A DNA stretch of 64,000 nucleotides from Harriotta raleighana (taxonomy: Eukaryota). The DNA is taken from assembly GCA_050575255.1 (NCBI GenBank), contig JBNZDD010013650.1:3768263-3832262 (forward strand), in the 5' to 3' direction. The position numbers and the translations under genes were made by a program. Positions 50,295 through 61,890 of the stretch are shown piece by piece. Numbering within the stretch: the stretch's first letter is position 1; each line of letters opens with the position of its first letter. The notes below the pieces were generated by a model that saw only the letters and a program-made list of their open reading frames with translations, was not told where the DNA came from and ran no database searches.

Positions 50295-53284
50295 AGTATA
50301 AGACCTCCAGACATCCGCTAGTACTTCCTTCCCCCACCCTTCAGATGATCTTCCTTATGAGTAAGTATAGATAATCAGCATCAACTTGGGGCTATGCTTG
50401 TCTGTATGGCTACGTTCCACACAAGGGAGGGAATTTTCCAAAGGGGAACCCGGGTTATTGTATACACGTCATGTGGAAATACCCTCATCACTGCAAAGTT
50501 TAGCACTGACTTAATGAATTCATTCCATGTCGAGGTTCAGTATTATGCATTTCAGTCCTGTGTTTATGCGGCCAAGTGCAATAGAAGCTTTCAAAACCTC
50601 TTGGCAAAGCCTTGAGACTGTACAAATATTTTTCATTTCATGATGGTTAAAATATTCAAGGTGGACAAGATGTGCATTTATCTAGAGAAAAAGGAGGGGG
50701 CACTGAGTTTAACCATGCAGAGGTTAAGTCGCCCTGCTGCTTCTGGCAATCATACTCCAGTGCAGCTGTTGCACAAGAGTTTGTGTCCTGTACAAGCATC
50801 AATCAGGGCTGCCCAACCTCTGTCCAGGATTAAAGCAAGAGACTAGTTACTGCAGTTAGTGAGTGGAGCGCACCGTGCTGCAGGGCAAGAGTTGCTGAAT
50901 TCCTGAATGTCTGGCCAGCCTGGATTAGTGCCATTTACAAGGTAAGCAACAGAAATCCAGCAGCTGCTTTGCTTTATCTACGAGTTTGTGGACACAAAGT
51001 TTTAGTCAATTTAGTGAAACGTCATTTAATTTTTATTCCTCCCATTTTTGTTTTTTGTTCTGCTTCTTGTATTAAGATCTCAACCAGAGGAATGTCTTCT
51101 AAACATGGAGGGAGTTTGAGCTGGGCTGGGCCCCGACATTGTGGAAGCACAGCGTCCTGCCTGCCAACTCCCAGCTCAGAGTGAAAGAATTTACCATTCA
51201 TAGATCAGTGGCCAGGTTCCTGCAGCAGACTGGGTGGGTGGGACTGGCTCATAGATCTGGCTCACAAAACTGACTTGTTTGCTTCAAGTCTTTCTTTAAA
51301 ATAGCCTAGGCTTTAAAATGTTGCCCACAAAATATACAGTCAATTCACTTTAAAGTATATTCTATGAAGCGTTTTGAGACGTCTAGAAATTGTGAAAAGC
51401 GCTATATCAAATGCAAAGATTATTATTACTGCTGTATTTAGATATATTTTAGCTCAACTTTGCAGGTTCAGAGTCCTGTTTCCTATGCTTGCTCTCAGTC
51501 CCATGCTGTTCCATAGTTTGCTCTCAGTTTGGGTAACTGAGGTGCAGATGGCTTTTTGCAGCGTTACCATGCCAACACTTGGTACATTTAACCAAAAGCT
51601 TTTTCTTTATTGACGATAAAAGTTGTGTCATTCATCTACCTCTTTCTCTCACGGTGGTGACCTGTTCCACAGAGAGAGGCCGGACTCCATTCCATATCTC
51701 ACCCAAGTGATTCTTTATATGCGAGTGTTGGAAACCAATGAATAGTTGAGGCTAATTCTGACCTCATCAACCTGTACACATACAAGATTCTACATCTCCA
51801 ACATCTGGAATTCACTCACTCTACTCTCCTGTCAATGCCCACTCTGTCTTCCACCCCTGCTTTAAAACCTATTTCTTCAAACACGCATATGATCACCTCC
51901 CCCTTCCACTTTAGCTCTAGAGTCCGAACTGTTTGGTGGGGAGTCTGCTGAATGGAGTTCTTCTCTGCACATGCCCAAGAACTGGATATTGCTCTGAAAA
52001 TTAGAAATTGATGGAATCTGACTTTGTAATTGGAATATTGGAATTACAGGGATGGATACTTGCAGTATTTGTGCAGTCATGCTGGAGTTAATTCAGCACA
52101 ATCCTCTCCTCCCTCACTTTAGCTCCCCACCCCCCCCCCCACCAACCCGACTGTGAGAGCATGTTCCTGGGCTCTCAAGGATTCACCAGAGGCAGGGACG
52201 GGAATGCCTTTGATTGAGAGATACATAGCTTACTCTCTGCCATGAAATTCATCTTTGGGAATTTGAAAATTCAGGATCTTTCCCTTCCTCAATTCTATTA
52301 CTTTTAAACATTGATTCTTATAGAAATGGAATTACTCAATGGGAGTTTCCTGTGGGTGGGAGAATCTAAAGTTAGTTAATGGCAATAATCCTTGCATTTA
52401 ATGTCAAGAGGATGTCACAAGGTGCTTCACAAGATATACTTAACAACAGCTTGTGGCACCCTCCATTGCGTGGTAGCGTCTCAGATTTAAATTTAAATTT
52501 AACTATCTCAGAGCCTGACTTGGAGCTAGGGGTTAACCTAAGCATGGTTGAAAAAGAAGGTTGTAAAGTGTAATCACTCTGTACTTTGTAGGTGATTGTT
52601 TAGTTTTTTAATAGACTGGTGTTAATGGTTTTATTCTCCCTCCTGTAAGGGTTAGTAAAATTCATGATCCTGCTGTGAAATAAGGACTGACACAATGGTT
52701 GTACAATTGTTTATTAATGCAGATTAATAATGGTTATAAGTAATTTAAAAAATACATTAAATGACAATGTGGAGTCCAGTAGCCCAGTGGTTAGAGCACT
52801 TGCCTTGCAAGTGAGAGACCTGGGATCGATTCCTGTAGCCTCGCAGGTGTCCTATCCCCACCAAAAAAATGGCCACACAGTTTTTGTTAAAGAAGCAATT
52901 AATTTTTTTTCTAATATGTGTTATTTCATTATGTTTAATTTTTATCAATAAACTGAAAAAATGTAGCAGTAAAATGTACCTCAATAGCACCAATCAATAA
53001 TAATAATCCTTGCAGTTGATACGGCGCTTTTCACACCTTGTAGACATCTCAAAGTGCTTCACAGAATATACTGTAAAGTGAATTGACTATATATGTGGGC
53101 GAAATCCCCGCAAAAATTAACAAACTGTTCCGCAATTTCCCGCAAGGCCGATAAATGCGCCACAGTTTTTGTAAATATGTCCACACATTTCTGTTGGCCC
53201 AGGTGATAAGGAATGAAAACAGTTTGTTGTTTATAGACAGTCTTTTGTTTCTCATCCTTGAGAGAGGATCTCCTGCAAAACTAT

Positions 53285-53349
53285 TCACAACCAGCTCCCA
53301 TCATATCACAACCAGCTCCCATCATATCACAACCAGCTCCCATCATATC
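53285..53349. repeat. 21-bp tandem repeat x3 (TCACAACCAGCTCCCATCATA)
   Basis: Three perfect units read directly. Confidence 0.9.
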
Positions 53350-56300
53350 TTATGAGATTGATTATAAGTCTCAACAATACAAACGGTGCAAATATAATGT
53401 AATTTGAGATATTATTTAACACATTCATTACAGAATCTTACACCGACATGTGATTCTGGACGGACGGGAGGTGAGGTTTGTCTGATATATACTGTGTATC
53501 TACTAGAATTCATGCGATGCACTTGGAGACTTAAAGAAATTCAGCTCACAATAAGTTAATAAATACATCAGTGTGTGGGCTCTGCTTATAAGGCATCATT
53601 TCCAGATCTGAATGAGTGTGGCGGGTACCTCTGACCCTGACTGGCTGTTAGGAGATGTGCTTGGCAAATACGCACACAGTATATGAGGCTTTGTTGATGA
53701 GCCTCTCTGACACACTGACACTTAGAGGTGCATATGTGCCCTCAGCCAGGGTGAGCCAAAGGGCTGATGGGTTGAGGATCAAACCTGAACAGGTATTCTG
53801 TTGCATGGTTCAATATTTTGCATTAATAAATTTTAAAAATTGTGTCATCTTTTTTAAGTCCCGTCAGAAACCTTTCCTGTTTGATTGTGCTGATGGCCAC
53901 CTCCCTCAACCCCCCCTCCCCGGGGTCAGGCTGTTAAGTGTTCTGAGACTTTACACTGTTTGTAGGGCTATATAAGTGCAAGTTGTTGTTGTATTGCTTC
54001 AGTTGTGTTGGGAGTGCTGGAGGGAATTTTACTCTAACCTGTATTATAGTAATCCTGATTGATGCTCATATTAATATTATTTTATTTCTTAAGATATCCC
54101 TTATTTGGAATGAGTGCTTCAAAATTAAACATATAAATTATCATTGTGCGATTGAGGATTTTTTTTCCCTGGGAAGAGCATTATAGATATCCAGATGCAG
54201 TATTTATAACATTCCTATTCCATGGGCATTTATTGTCGCCCTAGTGTTGCTGACCACTGTTTTCTAACATAACTATCTGCTCTGTAGTGTGGCTGCCAGT
54301 GCACCCGCTAGCAGATTGGATTGACAAGCCTGGGAAATGTGCTCCCTTCTGATTTTAGACTACTTTGTAAACACATCTCTCACTGCACTCTGTGATGTGG
54401 GTTTTCTCTGATGTTTGGTATAGTGACTTTCTATATCTAGTTTCTCATTATTTTAATCTCTCAAATGTAATGACTTTTTCTTTCCTCTAGTTTATCACAC
54501 AAATCATATTTGTGTCGGGCAAGAAGTCAAAATGGCACACAGCTGGCACTCCTTAGTGTTCAGTTGTGAGGCTTAATTTTATTTCCCGAGTTCCAGGTTT
54601 CTCCCCTTCAACATTTGTCATTATATTATTAAGCAGATCAACACCAACAATTTGCATTTGTGTGTAGGGAGCACAGTGGTTGGAAGCTTGCCTGCCAGTT
54701 GCTAGGTGGGAGGCACAAGGCAAGACAGAGTTAACAAAACATAGCAGAGGGAGTGGCCAAGACCAAATAATATTGATCTAATTATTAATAATGCTCTAAT
54801 TACTACTACTAATAATAACACAATCATAGAAATTACATAATTACTAGAGAAGGTCAGAATCAAATTTTTTAATTTTCTGTCTGGGTGCTAGTGATGTTTG
54901 ACTCTTATATGATAGCATTTCAACAAGTCACCCAGACAGCTCCTCACAATGGCACTGAACATTTTCTTTCATTTTCCACTCTCACATTGCCATTCTTGTT
55001 TATTTAATTATTTTAAACTTAATTAATCTTGGATCCCATCTATTTTTGAGAATAATGAAGGGTTATGATGGGGATAAATAGTATCATTGATTATTTCTAA
55101 TGGGTGATAACCATGACTCATACACAACGCTGCTGAAACCTCCTGCATGTTTTTGCCACCTATCTTAATTTCTCTTTTGTAATTTCTCGACGATCTCCCC
55201 AGCTCATCATTTATGAACTCCAACTAATTCTTCTACCATTATCCTCATACGTACTGAAATCTGCACCCCCAGCACTCCATTCTTTGCCAGGTTCTATTGG
55301 CTCCCTGTTGCTTAACAAATTGATTTCAAGATCCTCACACTCACCGACAAATCACCTCATATCTCCTGGCCTGCCTCTCCAACCTGCTCAAATCTCACTC
55401 CTCTTCATACACCTGTCACTCAGTTGTCTTGGGCCTTCTGAGTGACTCCAGTTCCTCTTCTACACCATCAATTGTTGTCTATATTCTCTCCTTAAATATT
55501 AAAGGGACCAACACATATCATGTGACTTTTGCAAGAGTCGATTAAATGCTAGGGAAGTTCCACAACATGGAATTTCAAATGTAATTTCCTAATTCAAGAT
55601 GAGTTACAGAGTTATGTGGGCAATTACAAAAAGAATTAGAAAAAGACTGGAGAAATTATGGAATATCAGGAATTTTTATGTAGACTAGGATTAAACGGGA
55701 GCAGCAACGCATGAAATGAATGAGGAAAATCTAAAAAAAATTTCTACAAGTTACAAGAAATTCCATTCTAAGTAGGTGAAATGGTGGTTCCTATATAACA
55801 GAGCAGTCAGGGCCAATTTCCAGTTCTGTTACTGATCAACACTTAATGTCAAATCTTTGAATTCAGTTTCTAACCTCACTTATTGGGTACCTGAGCCTGC
55901 ACCAGGGTTGCTATGGTAACTCATTCTGAGGCCCAGTGCAACTTCTCTTCCAAGTACAGCTGCACCATTTGTGGCCTTTTTAAGGATATCAGTCACAGTT
56001 CAGTGGTGGCCATTCAAAGGAGGTGAAAGTTCATGAACATTGAAGCTAAATCTTTGTCCCTGGAAGTGGCCTGAATGAAGAGGTTGTAATGGCTGTAGAG
56101 AGGTGCAGGGCTCTCCTCCAGCCTTCATTTCATTTACATTTAAAAAAAAGTTTTGTGGAATTTCCTTTCCTATCAATGCCAAATGTCCAATTGTAATGCT
56201 CCCTACTGACTCGAGTGAGATCAACTAACTCAACACACACCAGAGACTAAAACAATCCCCAAGCCACTGGATAAAACTTTTATCAGCTTTGACTCTTAAC

Positions 56301-56679
56301 TCTGCCCTTGTAGTGATCATTTAACCTTTCAACAGAAGGAGTGCCAAGCCTCATTTATCTCTTGCTATTTCTGGTTTTTGCAGCTCAGGGCTATCTGATG
56401 ATGATCAGTCTGTTGGGATACCATTGAAGCTGGAATGATGGTATTTCTCAGAAAAATGTTATGTTTCTTAACTAGTAGTTTTCAAAATCTATTCTGCAGT
56501 GTTGTCAAATGTCTTAGAATATTTGCAAAGAAAGTTAACAGCAACCCATTTATGATGCTAGCTTCCCCACTGGAGATATTTGCTCTAATCCCATTCTGTA
56601 TCCCTTTATATTATTGCAGTATTTCAAATTGTATACAATTTCATTTTAAATACCTGTGCAAAAGTTTATAATATAATAA

Positions 56680-57050
56680 TACTTGCAAGTGATATAGTGA
56701 TTTATCACATTGTTAATCTATCTGAAAGCGCTTCACGGTGTTTGACTGTGAAGTGTAGTGACTGTATCTGCAAGCAAACATGGCAGCCAATCCACACCCA
56801 GCAATATCTCACAGCCATGAAGGAAATTCTACTTGGGGGATTGTTGGCTAGGACACCAGGAGAAACTCTCTTCTTTTTTCGAATAGGTCCATGGGATCTT
56901 TAGCACCTAGGTGAAGAGGCAGACGGAACCCTCGGTTTATCGTTTCACCTGATGGACTGTACCTCAACAATGCAATGCACCCTCAGCACTGCATTGGAGC
57001 ATCAACTTAAACTGTGAGTGTAAACTGTGAGGCTGGACTCTACAACCCTA
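56680..57050 (-). mobile_element. DeuSINE-like (SacSINE1/AmnSINE1-related) element
   Basis: Reverse complement reads CAGTGCTGAGGGTGCATTGCATTG..TAAACCGAGGG..AAAGATCCCATGG..TCTCCTGGTGTCCTAGCCAAC..TTGGCTGCC, matching my recollection of the Deu-domain SINE consensus. Confidence 0.7.
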
Positions 57051-57425
57051 GAACCTTTTTTACTTAAAGACAAGAATACAATGAAATTGACACAGCTTCC
57101 TCATTACAATTTTCCTCCACTTTTCTTCTAACTAATATTCTTCAATTTATACCTTATTTTTATTAGTCTCTCTATCTTTACTCTATGAAAAAAACTTTAG
57201 GATTTTGAATATCTCTATTAGATGCCTTAAACCTCTGCCCCAGCAAAACTAAGTCTCCATACATCTATAACCCCCTCAAACAGAATTGTACACAGTATTC
57301 TAAGTAAGGTCTCACCAATGAGTTATACATTGGCAGGAATACCCCACTATTTCGACTTACTATTGATTTGTTATACATCCCAACATCTGATTTGCTTTAC
57401 TGACTGCATATGAACACATAATATA

Positions 57426-58051
57426 CAATAAAAACCCGTTTATCCGGCACCCATGGGACCTGTCCAGTGCCGGTTTAACAGCTTTCCAGTTGAACGTTTT
57501 TCTTTTCAAATTAAAAATTATTTGAACACATACCATATTAATAATAGACTAAACAATAACAGATAATACCAATATTGTATGGTTATTTTATTGTGAATGT
57601 TGTACCCTGTACCATATAAATAATAGAGTAAATACAGTAGTAACAGCTACTGTGAAAACAGAATATTGTATGGCTAAGTTATTGTAAATGTTGAACAACA
57701 TATTATTTAGTATAAATGATATACTAAGTACCCTAATAACAGATACTATAATAACAGAATATTATATTAGTACTTTATTATTTCTACTTAACTTCTACAA
57801 TGGCCGACACGGGAGGAAAACAAAACGGCAGTAGCACGACTTTTAAAAATAACGGCAGTAGCGTGACTTTAGGCTCAACTAGTGGCCAGCTGAAATACCT
57901 ACATAGTAATCGCGAGCGACAATCGATTCATTAAATGTGTCATCGCTATTTTGCCGGATAACTTCCAGTTTATCGAATCAGGCTTTTTTTTGAGGTGTCG
58001 GTTCAACAGGTTTTCCGGTTCATCAAGTCACGGATAAATGGGTTTTTACTG
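57426..58051. mobile_element. Complete Tigger/pogo-like MITE with TIRs and TA target duplication
   Basis: TA-CAATAAAAACCCGTTTATCCG ... CGGATAAATGGGTTTTTACTG-TA. Confidence 0.85.
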
Positions 58052-58613
58052 TATTGTGTCAATGTCAGGTAAAGAGGTAAGTGTAATAGGTATGCTCTCT
58101 GTGTAATGGATTAGGTAGCAGGCCAAGATGTGAGAATAACATATTGGACACTGCAAGGCCCTGGCAATGGGGGAATGTTCAGTAAATATCCAATAAGTGT
58201 GTAGGTTAGTTACTATGAACAGATGACCTGTAAATGTGTGAAAGTGACATATTGGACACAAGCCAAATTTCTCGAGGCTCTGGGTGCTACCGATTTTGAG
58301 GCTTGATTTCCTGGCACAGACTTCACAGTGACAATGGGGTGGCAGCCTCATACGTATCTTAATGATCATGCACAATTGCAGAACATTCATTTTTGAAATC
58401 CAGACTCATTTTGGACTGTTTATCTTTTTTTCTGATTTTTATCTGATAGTGTGAGGAAGCTACTGATGCAATGAATGAAACGCATGGATAGAATTGCAAC
58501 TAGTGATATTTCATGCGGAAAGTATTTCATAAGGACTACAGCAGCGCTGACAGGTATGGTGCAGTTTGTATAGGTTACTTGGACGTAATGTACAGAGAAT
58601 ACTCAGGAGTAAC

Positions 58614-58680
58614 ATTTGTGTTATTTCTGCACACTACTCCTGGCAAATTTTCAGGAGTAATGTGCAGAAATAACACAAAT
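58614..58680. repeat. Hairpin with 29-bp arms (1 mismatch) and 9-nt loop
   Basis: ATTTGTGTTATTTCTGCACACTACTCCTG / CAGGAGTAATGTGCAGAAATAACACAAAT. Confidence 0.85.
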
Positions 58681-58708
58681 TGAACAGAAAAACGTAAGAT
58701 AACAAATA

Positions 58709-59530
58709 CACTAAAACCGGAAAACCCGTTCAACCAACACCTCAAAAAAAAGTCCCAATTCGATTAACCGTAAATTATCCGGCTAATAGTGATTGCGTTT
58801 AATGAATGGACTTTTCCAAGAGAGTGCAGTACTCACGAGTGCAGTACTCGCGTTTGGCCACTAGGTGTGTCTAAACTGGTGAAACGCTCAGAGCCCTGGA
58901 GCAGCAGGTGATATATAGGTGATTTTTACACACAGATAGAGGGACACCCACACACAGATAGAGAGACACACACACAGAGACACAGAGAGAGAGAGACACA
59001 CACACTCAGATACAGAGAGGGAGGGAGACACAGAGAGACAAGAGACACACACAGACACATAGAGAGAGAGAAAGAGGGGGAGAGAGAGACACACAGACAG
59101 ACTCACACACAGACAGAGAGACAGACACACACCTAGACAGAGGGAGAGAGAAAGACACACACACACATACAACACCCACAGTGAGAGAGAGACCACAGAG
59201 AGAGAGAGAGAAAAAATTGTGTTAGTTTTTATCTTGTTAAATAAAACTCACGCATAATGATGCTGCTTGTCTAAGCATCACAACATAGAAGTTGCTTCAT
59301 TGGTCGATTTGATCTAAAATAGATCGGGTGAGGGCTGCGATTGCAAAGTTAAGTATAAATAAAAGTACTAATACAATATTCTGTTGTTATTTAGTCCATT
59401 ATTAATATGGTATGTGTTCAAATAATTTTTTTTAATTAAAATTTTTATTTTTAAAATCCGTTCAACCGGAAAAACGATTTAACTGCCACTGGCCAGGTCC
59501 CATGGGTGCCGGATAAACAAGGTTTTACTG
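58709..59530. mobile_element. Second Tigger/pogo-like MITE, opposite orientation, with internal CA/GA microsatellite
   Basis: TA-CACTAAAACC ... GTGCCGGATAAACAAGGTTTTACTG-TA. The subterminal blocks are reverse complements of those in 57426-58051. Confidence 0.8.
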
Positions 59531-60619
59531 TATTATGCAGTACAGCAAAATGGAAAGAGTACAATAATGTAGAAAAGTGTGTTTGCAGGGTCACATGTTT
59601 ATACACTACTGATGATATGTCACAACAACAGAACACAATTACATTTATAGAGTGCCTTTCACTGGACAAGATCACCCTCTGAATATTAAATTTTTCTTAG
59701 TTGCCAATTTCTCCTGGTGTCCTGGTCAATAATCCTTCAGATAAATTGGTCCATTCATTTCTTGGCTCATTGTGGTAACTTTGATTTGCAAATTGGGTGC
59801 TACATTTGCCCTCAGAGGCCTACAACAACAGTTACTTGAGATGTCTCAATGTGAGATGCAAAAAATGGAAGTTTGTTCATTATAGAGAAAGTTGCCTGAC
59901 AGTCTGAGGGAGTTATTGCCAAAGAGTTCAACTAAGCATTTATTTTTCTAAGTTCACGTGACATGTGCGAACTCCGATTTGACATATTTGGGGAATCCCA
60001 ATGCCCCTCCCCTCCTCTTCCTGTCTAAAGTTCCTGGCTGGGAGTCCAGCATGGCTCCTGTCAAACATTTCAAAATCTGAAGCTTACAAAATGTAAATAT
60101 TTAACTTCCTGACATCAGCTTCCAATTTAATAGTGAATTCATTTGCCAAATAGTCTAGCAGTTTGGGGGTCCTGTGCTTTCTGATCGCTGTTTGTCACAC
60201 TTACATGTTAGCCTACATTGCATCTAATATGCACTGATGGCTAACTTTAACTAGCATTTTACTGCATGTCTAGATGGAATAGGATGGTAGACTCCCATTA
60301 ACTACTCTATATATCACATCAACCACACTGATCAAAGCTTTCTTTCCAATACCCTCTGCTGAATGCAGCCATTCTTCATGCACTATCCCAGACACAAAGT
60401 TTTGTAAGAATAGTTGCATGTGGATTGGGGCATCCCAAATACTGCATTAATCCCATATCCATTAGCAAAGAGAGGGATCAGGGGCCTGGATGACATTCCC
60501 TCCTCCCCAACAGGGCCACTGAGGTCAATTAAAGCTTCTACTGCTTCTCTCTTTAAAATCATCTGATTCATCATAGCTCTGGATTGAGAACTTGCATCTT
60601 TCTAATCTGAACAAAACAC

Positions 60620-60825
60620 AAACTACTACAGATGCTGGGAATCTGAAACAAACACAGAAGTTGCTGGGGAAACTCAGCAGGTCAGGCAGCATCCATGGAG
60701 AAAGGAAAGTGAGTCAACGTTTTGGGTCCACGACCTTTCATCTGATGTTGACTCACTTTCCTTTTTCCATGGATGCTGCCTGACCTGCTGAGTTTCCCCA
60801 GCAACTTCTGTGTTTGTTTGTTTCT
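60620..60825. mobile_element. Palindromic Penelope-like terminal-repeat remnant (73-bp arms, 28-nt loop)
   Basis: 60646-60718 and 60747-60819 are reverse complements with one mismatch. The loop holds a decayed hammerhead-like motif. Confidence 0.65.
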
Positions 60826-61571
60826 AATCTGTATGTTCACATGCAGTGCAAAGCTGTGCCTTTCCCCACAGAGCTATCTCTTAATTGCACTGCTTTTCAC
60901 TTGGGATACGTTTGTGCACACACTGATCTATCTTGCCAGGCATCCAAATACTCATAAGATAAGATCCAAGAAGCAGTTGAAAATTTCAGAGACCATTCCA
61001 TTGCAATGGCCTTCAATATGACCGATTACAGATACAATATGTTGGTGCTCAGTTACAAATGTCTAACAATCTACCAATGGAGAGAAATTCTACTTGTGTC
61101 TAGGTTTACTCTGTTTAGGTATCATTCCAGAGAATCCAGAAATTGGCAAAGTCTTAATTCTGAAGCCTTTTTTTTGTAAGTTCTTTTAAGAACCACAGAA
61201 AATGTTAAGATTGAAAGCAGCTGTAGCCTATGGAAGAAAGAGTTGGGCCCTGTATTTGATGGTGGGAGGTATGGGGAGAAATGACTTTCATATTAACGTA
61301 CATGTTAGGCTTGTCTGTTAGCTCATCCGGACTATCTGCACCTGATTGGGTGAAGATAGAATTGGGATTTACATCCCACAATTGATGTTTCCCACAGTTG
61401 TTGAACACCTGCTAACGTACACAAGACTTATACATAAATAATGGCTCCCAGATCGAGGTGCTTGTAATAACAAGTTGTTGTCATCTCAGGGTCAGATACA
61501 GCATTGTTAGATACAGAATAAAGTTCCTTCTATACTGCGCCATCCAGCACTAAAATGTTAGGTACAGCTCT

Positions 61572-61890
61572 GTGGAGTCCTGCAGCTCAGTGGTTAGAGC
61601 ACTCACCTTGCAATCGAGAAACCTGTGTTCAATTCCTGGCAGGGCAAACCCATGGCCAAATTTTTCTTACTCCACACGGCTGGTAATAATCTATCAAGAA
61701 AAATACTCAATAATAAATTGGTCACTTCAATCCACGACTTTTTTTGTGGGACACTGCTGTGCGCAATTGGCTTTCACGTTTCACCCACAATGTAGTCAAC
61801 TCACTTTATAGTATATTCTGTTTGAAACATCTAGAAGACATGAAAAGCGCTACTGTACTTTATATCAAATGCAAGATTATCCTATATTAT
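61572..61890 (+). mobile_element. tRNA-headed SINE with L2-like 3' tail
   Basis: GTGGAGTCCTGCAGCTCAGTGGTTAGAGCACTC head; same body and tail as the other copies. Confidence 0.85.

Noticed and set aside
52769-52850. tRNA-like sequence with A and B boxes
   Set aside because: It is the head of the local SINE family; no acceptor stem or proper cloverleaf. The same applies to 44613, 49994 and 61572.
53285-53349. Short direct repeats as a CRISPR-like array
   Set aside because: Head-to-tail minisatellite with no spacers, in a vertebrate genome.
58888-59196. Cys/Val/Leu/Ser-rich ORF (likewise 49175-49643 and 36530-37166)
   Set aside because: Translation of CA/GA microsatellite-rich sequence.
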